Positions 1-13,391 of a stretch of 64,000 nucleotides of DNA are shown here, piece by piece. A model generated the notes under the pieces. That model saw only the letters and a program-made list of their open reading frames with translations, ran no database searches and was not told the DNA's origin. A program made the position numbers and the translations under genes. Origin of the DNA: the human T2T-CHM13v2.0 reference genome, Homo sapiens; NCBI RefSeq assembly GCF_009914755.1, contig NC_060947.1; one strand, written 5' to 3'. Position 1 is the stretch's first letter. Each line of letters starts with the position of its first letter.

Positions 1-750
1 CAAAACCAACACAGTAATAGTCACATGTCAAAGGGACACAGGATCCAAGTGACGGAGCTTCCAATGGCCAAAACAGAAACAATTCGAGCAACAAAATAAA
101 GATTTGATAAATACAATAATAAGTATTAGATCAAAATTCAAAGTATAAAATAAATTTCCATGGGCCTACATTGATACAAATAAATGATTGGGTACATAAA
201 TAAGTGAGCAGAATAGACAACCCATCCATACAAAATTCCAAATGGTTTATGTAGATACTCTTCCCCAAGGAAGGGGAGCATAATCCTGACCCCTTGAATG
301 AAGGCTGCACATAATGATTTCCTTCCAAAGAGTACAGTATGGAGGGAGGGGAATAACTTTATGATGGAGAAACTTGAAAAATACAACCAGGTGACCAAAA
401 TCAACATCAACAGTCAAAAATCATGTTCATAATACGTACCCTTGATATCATATGATAAAAATGGCACTTTACCTTTCTTGTTTTTATCTTAAAAACATAT
501 AACCCCAATTTAACTAAAAGAAAAACATAAGACAAATCCCAGTTGAAAGAGTTCTACAAAATACATGATCAATCCTCCTCAAAACTGTCAAGATCATCAA
601 AAATTAGGAACGTCTGAGAAACTGTCACAGTCAAGGACATGCAATGACTAAATGTAATGTAGTATCCTGGATAAAAGTACGCAATGGAAAAAAATTAAAT
701 AAATATCAAAAATTCTGAATAAAGTGCCAACTTTAGTTAACAATGTGTTA
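1..750 (+). mobile_element. Old LINE-1 3' UTR (L1MC/L1MD-type), left part
   Basis: Resembles the L1MC/MD 3' UTR ('gatttccttccaaagagtacagtatgga', 'cctcctcaaaactgtcaagatcatcaaaa', 'gagaaactgtcacag', 'atgactaaatgtaatgt'). Breaks at '...ctttagttaacaatgtgtta' and resumes at about 21855. Confidence 0.75.
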
Positions 751-3460
751 AAATGAAAATGGAAATACAAGATACCAAAATCTATGGAATATGGCAAAAG
801 CAGTACTAAGAGGAAAGTTTATAGCAATCAATGCCTATATTATTAATGTAGAAAAACTTCAACTAAATAGCCTAATGATGCACATCAAGAAACTAGAAAA
901 TTAAGAACAAATCAAGTGAAAAATTTAAAGAAAATAAATACTAAAGATCAGAGCTGAAATAAATAAAATTGAAACAAAGAAACAATACAGATCAATGAAT
1001 TTAAAAGGTTGATTTATCAAAAAGATAAACAAAATTGAGAAACGTTTAGCTAGACTAAGAGAGCAGACCCAAATTCATGAAATCAGTAATGAAAAAGGAG
1101 ACATAACAACTGAGCCCTCAGAAGTACAAAGAATCACTAGAGGCTATTATAAACTATAGGCTCACAAATTCTAAAACCTGAAAGAAATTGATCAATTCCT
1201 GGACACATACAACCTACCAAAATTGAATCATGAAAAAATAAAACAAAACAAACCAATAATACCTAATGAGATCAAAGCCATGATAAAACATCTTCTATCA
1301 AAGAAAAGCCTAAAATCTCATAGATTCACTGTGGAATTCTACCAAACATTTAAATAACTAATACAAACCTATTCAAACTTCAGAAAAAAATCAAAGTGGA
1401 GGGAATATGTCCAAACTCATTCAACAAGGCCAGCATTACCCTGATACCAATACCAGATAAGAACACAGCAAACAAAGAAAACTACAGAAGGATATCACTG
1501 GTGAACAAAAATGCAAAATCTTCAAAACTACTAGCAAACAGAGTTTAAACACACATTAAAAAGATTATTCAGCATGATTAAGTGAGATTTATCCTGGGGA
1601 TGCAAGATGTGCAAATCAATAAATGTGATACATAACATTAACAGAATCAAGAACAAAAAGTATATGATGACTTCAACAAATGCTGATAAAGAATTTGAAA
1701 AAATTCAACATCCCTTAATGATAAAACTGTCATCAAAATGAGTATACATATATGTCATATATATACCCATTATTCAAAATAATAAAGGGTATATATGACA
1801 AATCCTTGGTTAATATCATATTGAATGTGGAAAAATTGAAGGCCTTTTTTTCTAAGGACGGGTACAAGAGAAAGACACCCACTTTCACCACTATTATTTA
1901 ACATAATACTGGAAGTCCTGGCAAGAGCAATTAGGCAAGACAAAGAAATGAAGAGCATTTAAATAGAAAAGTAGAAAGTCAAATTATACTTTTCCAAAGA
2001 CAATATAATGTTATACCTAGAAAAACCTAGACTCCATAAAAAAATTGTTAGAACTGATAAATAAATTCAGTCAAGTTGCAGGATACAAAATTAACATACA
2101 AAAACAGTAGCATTTTTATATGCCAATAGCAAACAATCTGAAAAAGAAACCAAGAAAGTAATCCCATTTATAATAGCTGAAAATAAAATAAAATAAAGAA
2201 GTGAAAGATCTCCACAATGAAATTATAATACATTGATGAAATAAATTGAAGAGGACACAAACAAATGGAAACATATTCCATGCTCAAGGATTGGAAGAAT
2301 TAAGATTGTTAAAATGACAACACTACTCAAAGCAATTTAAAAATGCAATGCCATCCCTATGAAAATACCAATGACATTCTTTGCAGTAATAGAAAAAAAA
2401 TCCTAAAATTTATACGGAACCACCAAAAACAGAATTGCCAAAGCAATTCTGTGTGAAAAGAACAAAGCTGGAGGCATCACAATACCTGACTTCGAAATTT
2501 ACTACAAAGTTATAGTAATCAAAACAGCATGGTGCTGGCATAAAAACAGACACATAGAACAATGGAACAGAATACAGACCCCTGAAACAAATCCATGCAT
2601 TTAAAATTAACTCATTTTCAACAGCGATGCCAAGAATATACAATGGGGAAAGGACAGTCTTTTCAATAAATGGTGCTGGGAAAACTGGATAACCATATGC
2701 AGAAAAATAAAACTAGACCCTATTTGCAGAAAAATAAAACCAGATCCCTATTTCTCACCATACAAAAAAAAAGATCAAATCAAAATGGATTAAAGACTTT
2801 AAGACATCAAACTATAGAAATATTAGAAGAAAACATTAGGGAAATGTTCCAGGACATTGGTCTTGGTAAATTTTTTTGTGTGTTAACACTTCAAAAACAC
2901 AAGCTACCAGAGCACAAATAGGCAACTGGAATCACATTAAGCTAAGAAGCTTCTAAACCACAAAGGAAACAATAAAAAAAAACTGAAGAGACAACTTACA
3001 GAATGGGAGAAAATATTTACAAACTATACATCTGATAAAAGATTAATAACCAGAATACATAGGGAGTTCAAATAGCTCAATAGCCAAAAAAACCCCTCCA
3101 AATAATCTAATTAAAAATGGGCAAATGATCTGAACAGACAGTTTTCAAAAGAAACATCCAAATGGCAAAGAGTACATGAAAAAAAAAACACATCACTAAT
3201 CATCATAGAAATACAAATCAAAACCACAATGAGATATCATCTCACTCCAGTTACAATGGCTATTTTCAAAAAGACAAAAAATAACAAATCTTGGCAAGGA
3301 TGTAGAGAAAAGGGGAAACCCCATATACTTTTGGTAGAAATGTAAATCAGTACAGCCACTATACAAAACAGTATGAATGCTCCTCAAAAAACTAAAAATA
3401 GAATTACCATATGATCCAGTAATTTTATTACTGGTATATATCAAAAAGAAAAGGGAATCA
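751..3460 (+). mobile_element. 5'-truncated LINE-1 (L1MA-type), decayed ORF2 through start of 3' end
   Basis: Starts in ORF2 ('ataccaaaatctatgg...gcaaaagcagtactaagaggaaagtttatagc'). RT-region and C-terminal remnants carry many stops and frameshifts. Interrupted after 'caaaaagaaaagggaatca'. Confidence 0.9.
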
Positions 3461-6400
3461 GGAGGCAGAGCAAGATGGCAGAATAGAAAGCTCCAACAAT
3501 CGTCCCCCCAACAAGGATATCAAGTTAACAACTACATACACAGAAAATCACCTTCATAAGAATGGAAAATCAGGTGAGCCCTCATAGCACCTGGTTTTAA
3601 ATTCATATCACTAAAAAAGGCACTGAAGCATTAGAAGAAACAGTTCTGAGTTACCACCTCCAATTCTACCCCTCCCCCTCCCCCACCACACAGCAGCAGT
3701 GTGGTGGGAAGTGTTTCTTTGGATGTTGGATGAAGGATAACACAGCAATTGTGAGGCATTGAACTTAGTGCTGTCTTGTTAGAGCAGAAAGGAAAACTGG
3801 ACCTAACTCAGCAGATGCCTGCCCACGGATGGAACATTTAAACCAGCCCTAGCCAGAGGGAAATTGCCAATTCCAGTGGTCCAAATTTCAGTGCCTGCAA
3901 ACCTTGCATCCTAGGGATACAGAACTGAACTAGGCCCAGATACAGTGTAATGGGCATGTGGGGGACATGTGACATACAGAGACAGAAGCTGGGGCAGCCA
4001 AGGGAGTGCTGGCATTAACTCTCCCATAACCCTAGGCTGCACAACTCACAGCTCCAAAAGAGACCCCTTCTTTCTACTTGAGTAAAGGACAGGGAGGAGT
4101 AGAGAGGATGTTGCCTTGCATCTAGGATAACAGCCCAGTCACAACAGAATAAGGCATTGGTTGGAGTCATGGGGCCCACGTTCCCGCCCTGGCTCCAAGA
4201 TAAGATTTCTAGACACACCCTAGGCCAGAAGGGAACCTGCTGCCTTGAAGGAAAGAACCTAGTCGTGGCAGCATTCATCACCTGCTAACTGAAGAAACTT
4301 TGGGCCCTGAGCGACCAGAAGCAAAAATTAGGTACTATACTGAGGGCCTTGGATGAACCTCTGAGACTTGTTGGCTTTAGTGAAGTCTCAGCACTTTACC
4401 AGCTCTGGTGGCTATGGGGAAAATCTTTCTCCTTGAGAAAAGCAGAGGGAAAAGTGAAAGAGACTTTGTCTTGAACCTTAGGTACCAGCATGGCCACAGG
4501 AGGGTAGAGAACTAACTGGACTCCTGGCATTCCCACTTTCAGGAATTGATTCTTGGATGAGATTTCTGAACCTTCCCTGGGTGAGAGGGGAGGCCACTGC
4601 CCTGAATGGTGAGTCCCAGGCCAGGCAGCATTCACAAGCTGACTTAAAAGCCTTTGGTCCTTAAGGGAACATCAGAGGTAAGTGTGGCAGTATTCATCAT
4701 GGCCTGGGGTGGCAGTGGCTACATGGTGAGTCTCCTCTGCCTTTGGAAAGGGGAGGCAAGAGTGGGAAGGACTGTATCTTGTAGTTTGAGTGCCACTTTA
4801 TCCATAACATAATAGAACACCAGGTAAATTTCTAAGGATTTTAGCTCTAGTTCTTGACTCACTGATGGCATTACTGGACCCGCACTGGGCCTAGGGAACC
4901 TTGCCACTCTAAATAGAATGTAAGCATGGATAGCTTTGCTACCTGCTGATTGTAGAGTCCCAGGGCCTTGAGCAAATATAGACAGTAGCCAGGGAGTTGT
5001 TACAGCAGGCCTAGGGCAAGACCCACTACCAGGCTGGCTTCAGATATGACCCAGTACATTCACAGTGGTGATGGCCATGGGGTGCTTGTGTCACTATACC
5101 CCCAGCTTTAGGTGGCTTGGAACAGAGAGAGCAATCTGTATGTTTGGGAGAAAGTAAGAAAGGAGAAAAAGAGTCTCTGCATGGTAATCTAGAGAAGTCT
5201 ACAAGATCTTGTTTAAGACCATCAAAGCTATACATCCTTAAGTTTGCAAGAAAAACAGTGTTACTGGGCCTGGGGTGCCCCCTAAAGCAGATACAGCTTA
5301 GATTGCAAAACCAAAGTTCTTGCAAATATCTGGAAAGCCTTCCCAAGAAGGACAACTACAAATAAGCTCATACAGTAAACACTACAATACCTAACTCTTT
5401 AAAACCCAGACACTGAAGAACATCTGCTAGAATCAATACCACCTAGGAAAACATGACCTCACCAAATGAACTAAATAAGGCACCAGGGACCAATCCTGAA
5501 GAAATAGAGACATGTGACCTTTCAGACAGATAATTCAAAGTAGCCATGTTGAGGTAACTCAAATAAATTTAAGATAACATAGAAAACAAAATCAGATTTC
5601 TGTCAGATAAATTTAACAAAGATATTGAAATAATTAAAAAGAACAAAGCAGAATTTCTTGAGCTGAAAAATGCAATTACCATACTGAAGAATGCATCAGA
5701 CACCTTTAATAGGAGAATTGACCAAGCAGAAGAAAGAATAAGTGAGCTTTAGAACAGGCTATTTGAAAATACACAGTCAGAGGAGATAAAAGATAAAATA
5801 ATAAAAAGCACTAAAGCACACCTACAGGATCTAGAAAATAGCATTAAAAGGACAAGTCCAAAAGTTATTGGTCTTAAAGAGAAGGTACATAAAGAGATAG
5901 GGGTAGAAAGTTTATTAAAAGCAGTAAAAACAGAGAACTTCCCAAACCCTGAGGAGAGGATACAGAAAAGTGGGGAGTACTCTGTCTTGGAAATTATCAA
6001 TATCCAAGTACAAGAAGTCTACCTCAAGGCATTTAGTAATCAAATTCCCAAAGGTCAAAAATAAAGAAAGAATCTTAAAAACAGCAAGACAAAAGAAACA
6101 AATAATATACAATGTAGCTGTAATACATCTGGTGGGAGACTTATAAGTGGAAACTTTACAGGCCAGAAGAGAATGGCAAGACATATTTAAAGTGCTGAAG
6201 GAAGAAAATGTTTATGCTAGAATAATATATCTGGTGAAAATATCCTTCAAACATGAAGGAGAAATAAAGACTTTTTCAGACACACAAAAGCTGAGAAATT
6301 TTATCAATAACAGAAATGTCTTACAAGAAATGCTTAAGGGAGTGCTTCAATTGGAAAGGAAATAACATCAATGAGCAATAAATAATCACCTGAAGGTACA

Positions 6401-8903
6401 GAACTCATTGGTAATAGTATGTGCACAGAAAAACTTAGAATACTACAACACTGTAACTGTGGTGTGTGAACTACTTTTATGTTAAGTAGAAAGAGTAAAT
6501 GATGAACCAATTAAAAATAATAACAACAAAAACTCATCAAGACATAGTACAATAAGATAAAAGTAGAAACAGCAAAAGGTTAAAAATTGGGGGGGAAGAA
6601 GTTATAGTATAGAGTTTTTATTAGTTTTCTCATTCTTTTTTGTTTGCTTGTTTATAAAAATAGTGTTGTTATCAGGTTAACGTAAGGGGTTATATGACAG
6701 TATTTGCAAGTCTCATGGTAACCCCAAACCAAAAAACATACAATGGATACACAAATAATAAAAAGCAAGAAACTAAATCATGTCACCAGAGAAAATCCCT
6801 TTCACTAGAATAAGACAGGAAGAATAGAAAGAAGAAAGAGAAAACCATAAAAATACCAGAAAACAAATAGCAAAGTGGCAGAAGTAAGTCCTCACTTATC
6901 AATCAAAACGTTAAATGTAAATGGACTAAATTCTCCAATCAAAAGGTGACAGACTGGCTTAATGAATGAAAGTACAAGACCCATTGATCTGATGCCTGCA
7001 AGAAATATATGTCATCTATAAAGACATGCATAGACCAAACATAAAGGGATTGAAAAAGATATTCCATGACAAAGGAAGTAAAAAAGAGGAGTTACTATAC
7101 TTATATCAGACCAAATAGATTTCAAGACAAAAAACTGTAAGAGAAAGAACATCACCATATAGTGGTAAAAAGGTTAATTCAGCAAAAAAAAAAAAAACAA
7201 TCTTAAATATATATGTGCCCAACACTGGAGCACTCAGATATATAAAACAATTATTATTACAGCTAAAGGAAGAGATAGGACCCAGAATTTGACAGATCTT
7301 CCAGACAGAAAAGTGACAAAGAAACATCAGACTTCATCTGAACTATATAACAAATGAATCTAATGGATATTTATAGAACATTTCACCCAAGAGCTACAGA
7401 ATACATATTCTTTTCCTCAGCACATGGCTCATTCTCAGAGAAACCATATATTAGGTCATGAAACAAGTCCTGAAACAATCAAAAACAATGACTTAGCATT
7501 GTTTAGTAGCATAAACAGTGCTATTAAGCATCTTCTCTGACCACAATATAATGAATCTAGAAATTAATAACAAAAGCAATTTTGGAAACTACACAAATGC
7601 ACGTAAATTAAAACATGCTTCTGAATGATCATTGGGTCAATAAAGACATTAAATAGGAAATTGAAAAATTTATTGAAACAAATGATAATGGAAACAAAAC
7701 ATACCAAAATCTATGGGGAACAGCAAAAGTACTACTAAGAGCAAAAGTACTACTAATAGTTACAAGTACCTACATCAAAAAAAAGCAAACAACTTTAAGT
7801 AAATAATCTAATGGTGCATCTTGAATAATTTGAAAAGTGAGAACAAATGAAACCCAAAATTAGTAAAAGAATGGAAATAATAAAGATTAGAGCATAAATA
7901 AATAAAATTGAAATGAAGGAAACAGCACAAAAGATCAATAAAACAAAAAGTTGGTTTTCTAAAAAGTTAAAGAAAATTGGCAAACCTTTAGCCAGACTAA
8001 AAAAAAAAAAAGAGAGAGAGGATCCAAATAAATAAAATTAAAAAGGAAAAAGGAGACATTATAACTGATACTACAGAAACCTAAAGAATCTTTAGTGGAT
8101 ACTATAAGCAATTATATGCCAAAAAATTTGAAAACCTAGAAGAAATGGACAAATTCCAGGATACATAAAAGCTACCAAGAATGAACCAGGAAAAAATCCA
8201 AAATCTGAGCAGACCAATAACAACTAATGAGATTGAAGCCTTAATAAAACAAATCCAAGTAAAGAAAAACTTGGGACCTGATGGCTTCACTGCTGAATTC
8301 TACCGAACATTCAAAGGACTAATACCAATCTTAAACTACTCTGAAAAATAGAAGAGGAAATATTTTAAAGCTCATTTTACAAGGCCAGTATTACCCTGAA
8401 CAGAAAACTAGACAGATACATAAAGAAAAAACCAGACTAATGTCTCTGATGAACATTGATGCAAAATCCTCAACAACATACTAGTAATATGAATTCAACA
8501 ATACATTGGAAATATTCTTCTTCATGACCAATGGTATTTACCCCTCAGATGCACAGGCAAATCAAACAATGTGACACATCATATCAACAGAATGAGAATA
8601 AGAAGTATGTGATCATTTCAATTCATGCTGAAAGAGTATTTGACATAATTTAACATCATTTCATGGTAAAAACCCTAAAAAACTGGGACTAGAAGGAACA
8701 TAAATCAACATAATGAAAGCCGTATATGACAGACTCACAGCTAGTATCATACTGAAAGGGGAAAAACTAAAAGCCTTTTTTCCTGTAAGATCTATAACAT
8801 GACAAAAATACCCACTGTCACCACTGTTATTTAAAATAGTACTGGAAGTCCTGCTCAAGCACTCAGACGAGAGAAAAATATAAAGGGCATACAAATTGGC
8901 AAG
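3461..8903 (+). mobile_element. LINE-1 (L1MA/L1PB-era) with complete 5' end: long 5' UTR, decayed ORF1, ORF2 N-terminal half
   Basis: Begins 'ggaggcagagcaagatggc' (YY1-type AAGATGGC). ORF1 remnant ETLQARREWQDIFKVLKE at 6147-6365. EN/RT remnants from about 6900 to 8900. Cut by the MLT2 LTR and never resumes. Confidence 0.9.
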
Positions 8904-9297
8904 TGTGATGGTTAATACTGAGTGTCAACTTGATTGGATTGAAGGATGCAAAATATTGATCCTGGATGTGTCTATGAGGGTGTTGCCAAAGGAGATTAAC
9001 ATTTCAGTCAGTGGGCTGGGAAAGGCAGACCCACCCTTAATCTGGGGGGATACCATCTAATCAGTTGCCAGCACAGCCAGGATATAAAACAGGCAGAAAA
9101 ATGTGAAAAGGCTAGACTGACTTAGCCTCCTAGCCTACATCTTTCTCCCATGCTGGATGCTTCCTGCCCTTAACATTGGATTCCAAGTTTTTCAGATTTG
9201 GGAATTGGACTGGCTTCCTTGTTCCTCAACTTGCAGACAGCTTATTATGTGACCTTGTGATTGTGTGAGTTAATACTACTTAATAAATACATCTACA

Positions 9298-9342
<45 letters not shown>

Positions 9343-9385
9343 TGTTTTACTAGTTGTGTCCCTCTGGAGAACCCTGACTAAAACA
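8904..9385 (+). mobile_element. MLT2A-type LTR (5' LTR of HERV-L)
   Basis: Starts 'tgtgatggttaatactgagtgtcaacttgattggattg' and ends 'gaaccctgactaaaaca'. Contains an internal (TA)n and AATAAA. Followed directly by 'gattttggtaccaggagtgg', the HERV-L internal start/PBS region. Confidence 0.92.
9299..9340. repeat. (TA)n microsatellite inside the MLT2A LTR
   Basis: About 20 perfect TA units. Confidence 0.97.
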
Positions 9386-12300
9386 GATTTTGGTACCAGG
9401 AGTGGTTCTAGAGAAACAGAATATTAAGAATGAAGTTCTTTCATTGGTTTTGGGGTTTCTGGATTTGGCTGCTTAATATGATTAGACCTCAAAATGCTAA
9501 GGAATCTACTTCTAATAGTATGGAGAACACTGACAGTCCTTGACACAAACTGTTGAGTGAGTTATGCAAAATACATGCATTTGACATTCCTGATTCACTC
9601 CTCATGAGAGGCAAGGAGTTTAGTGACTCTATACATAATATCTTTGAAAATATGTGGAGAACAAAGGAACATAATGTAGTTAGTTGGTTGCTCCTAAGTT
9701 AACTAGAGAAAGTGCTAAAAGAAAACGATGAACCTAGGAATTCTAACTCCTGGCTTCAGAAGCAGATACTAAGCCTCAAATCTGCTAAGATTGCCCCGAG
9801 TGAGAGTCTTATCTCCTGTAGAGAAAGAGCTGAAATTGTGGAAAAACAGACACACGCTCTTATCATGCAAGTGGCTGACCTGCAATGAAAGGTGCATGGA
9901 CAGCCTCACCAGGTGTCTACTGTTAAAGTGAGAGCATTGATTGGAGAAGAATGGGACCCTGCTACTTGGAATCGGATGTTTGGCAGGACCCTGATAAAGA
10001 CGGGGAAAGTGAGCTTGTAAACTCTGATGAACCTTTTTTTTTGCCAGAAGTAACAACTTCCCCATCCCCAGTAGTGGCAACATCCCCTCCCTGACCCATG
10101 CTGCCATCAGCCATTTCACCATTGTCTGAGAAGATAAACCCTATGCTGTCTTAGACAACAGTGAAGGCTTCCCCTGAGGCAGTTGTCAGGCAAGATAATG
10201 GTGATTCTCCTCAGGAGCCACCCCCAACAGCCCAGTTTGCTTCCAGACCTATAACTAGGCTAAAGTCCTGGCACTTCCCTAGAGGTGAGGTTGAGAGTGT
10301 GACCCATGAGGAGGTGTGCTACTCTTGAAAATAAATGCTTGAGTTTTCTAATTTATATAAGCAGATATATGGAGAACAGGCATGGGAATGGATATTAAGG
10401 GCATGGGATAATGGTGGAAGAAACAGAGTTGGATCAGGCTGAATTTATTAATTTGGGCCCACTAAGTAGGAATTTTACATTTAATATTGCAGCTCAGGGA
10501 GATAAAAAAGGTTCTAATAGTTTATTTGCTTGGTTAGCTGAAATATGGATCAAAAGATGGTCCACTGTGAGCAAGCTGAAAATGTCTGATCTCTCTTGGT
10601 TTAATGTAGAGGAAGGGATCCATAGGCTTAGGGAGACTGGGATGGTGCAGTGGATTAGTCACTTTAGACCTACTCATCCCAGCTGGGAGGGTCCAGAAGA
10701 TATAATCTTAACCAATGCTTTGGGAAAGTGATTTGTGAGGGCAACACCTGCATCTTTGAAGAGCCCTGTAATTGTTCTTCTCTGTACGTCACATCTAACA
10801 GTGGGAACTGCAGTCGCTCAACTACAAAATTTAAATACAATGGGAATAATTGGATCCCGAGTTGGCAGGGGCCAAGTGATGGCACTCAACCATCAAAGGC
10901 AAGGTGGATATAGCTGCTGGAATGGACAGCAGAGGCAAAGCAGCAATCAGAATAGTCTGACTCATGTATAGCTCTGGCATTGGCTAATTAATAATGGTGT
11001 TCCCAGAAGTGAAATTGATATGAAGCCTACTGCATTCCTACTTAATTTACATAAGCAGAAAACTTCCAGATCTAATGGACAAAATAATTTGAATTATAAA
11101 AATAGAAAATTATTACCTCTCAATCCATGTCTAGACTTCAGCCAGTTTACAGACCCAGAACTCCTTGAATGAAGGGGAGGCTGGGTATCCTTGAGGAAGG
11201 ACCCCACTATACTACTGACAGTTTATGCTGTTAATCTCTTTCCCATCCTTCCCCAAGAAGACCTCTGGCCTTTTACCAGGATAAGTGTGCATTGAGGAAA
11301 GGGAAATGATCAGACATTTTGGGGACTACTGGACACTGGCTCTGAGCTGACATTGATTCCAGGGGAACCAAAATGTCACTGTGGTCCTCCAATTAAAGTA
11401 AAGGCTTGTGGAGGTCAGGTAATTAATGGAATTTTGGCTTGGGTCTGACTTACAGTGGGTCCTTGGACTCATCCTGTGGTCTTTTCCCCAGTGCCAGAAT
11501 GCATAATTGACATATACATACTTAGCAGCTGGCAGAACCCCCACATTGGCTCCCTGACTGGTAGGGTGAGGGCTATTATGGTGATAAAGGCCAAATATAA
11601 GCCATTAGAGCTGCCTTTACCTAGAAAAACAGTAAATCAAAAACAATATTTCATCCCTGGAAGGATTGCAGAGATTAGTGCCACCATAAAGGACTTGAAA
11701 GATGCAGGAATGGATGTTCCCACCACATCCCAATTCAACTGTCCTATTTGGCCTGTGCAGAAGACAGATGCACCTTGGAGAATGACAGTAAATTATTATA
11801 AGCTTAACCACCAAGTGGTAACTCCAATTGCAGCTGCTGTACCAGATGTGGTTTCATTGCTTGAGCAAATTAACACATCTCCTGGTACCTGGTATGCAGC
11901 CACTGACTTGGCAAATACCTTTTTCTTTATTCCTGTCCATAAGGCCCACTAGAAGCAATTTTCCTTCAGGGGGCAAGGCCAGCAATATACCTTTACTGTC
12001 CTACCTCAGGGTTATATCAACTCTTCAGCTTTGGGTCATAATTTCATTGGGAGAGAACTTGATCACTTTTTGCTTCCACAAGATATCATACTGGTCCATT
12101 ACATTGAGGACATTATGCTGATTGGATCCAGTGAGCAAGAAGTAGCAAGCATACTGGACTTATTGGTAAGACATTTGTGTGCCAGAAGATGGGAAATAAA
12201 TCTGACTAAAATTCGGGGACCTTCTACCTTAGGGAAATTTCTAGTGGCCCACTGGGGTGGAGCCTATCAAGATATTCCTTTTAAGATGAAGAATAAGTTG

Positions 12301-13391
12301 CTGCATTTGGCCTCTTCTACAACAAGAAAGACACACAATGCCTAGTGGGCCTATTGGGAGTTTGCAGCCAACAAATTCCTCATTCTGGTGTGTTATTCTG
12401 GCTGATTTATCGAGTGACTCAAAAGGCTGCCAGCTTTGAGTGTGGTCCAGAACAGGAGAAGGCTTTGCAACCAGTTCAGGCTGCTGTGCAAGATGCTCTG
12501 CCACTTGGGTCATATGACCCAGCAGATCCAAAGGTGATTGAGGTGTCAGTGGCAGATAGGGATGCTGTATGGACCCTTTGGCAGGCCCCCAAAGGTGAAT
12601 CACAGTGGAGGCCTGTAGGATTTTTGAGCAAGGCCCTACCATCTTCTGCAGATAACTATTCTCCTTTTGAGAGACAGGTTTTGGCCTGTTACTGGGCTTT
12701 GGCGAAAATGGAATATTTAACTATGGGTCATCAAGTCACCACATGCCCTGAATTGCTTATCATGAACTGGGTGCTTTCTGACCCACCTAGCCATAAAGCC
12801 AATTGTTTGTCTGGATGGTCAGGGACTTGGAAGAAGCACGATTGGAAGATTGGTGACAGAGGAATTTGGGGAAGAAGTAAGCGGATGGACCTCTCTCTGA
12901 GTGGTCAAAAACTGTAAAGATATTTATATCCTATGTGAGTGCTCACCAATGGGTGACTTCAGCAGAGGAGGATTTTAATAATCAAGTGAATAGAATGACC
13001 TGTTCTGTGGATATCACTCAGCCTCTTTCTCCAGCTATCCCTGTCATCGCCCAAAGGGCCCACAAACGAAGTGGCCATGGTGGCAATGATGGAGGTTATG
13101 CATGAGCTCAGCAACATGGACTTCCACTTACCAAGGTTGACCTTGCCATGGCCACTGCTGAGTGCCCTATTTGCCAGCAGGAGAGACCAACACTGAGACC
13201 TGGATATGTCCCCATTCTTCAAGGTGATCAGCCAGCTACCCGGTAGCAGGTTGATTATATTGGACTTCTTCCATTATGGAAAGGGCAGAGGTTTGTCCTC
13301 AATGGAATAGACACTTACTCTAGATATGAGTTTGCCTATCCTGCATGCAATGCTTCTGCCAAGACTACTATTCATGGACTCACAGAATGCC
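9386..13391 (+). pseudogene. HERV-L (class III ERV) internal region: disrupted gag, protease, RT, partial RNase H and integrase N-terminus
   Basis: Gag remnant ELDQAEFINLGPLSRN and protease LLDTGSEL at about 11326. RT motifs [27 protein letters not shown] and HYIEDIML (YIDD changed to YIED). Integrase-like 'caggttgattatattgga'. Multiple stops and frameshifts, no 3' LTR. Confidence 0.93.
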
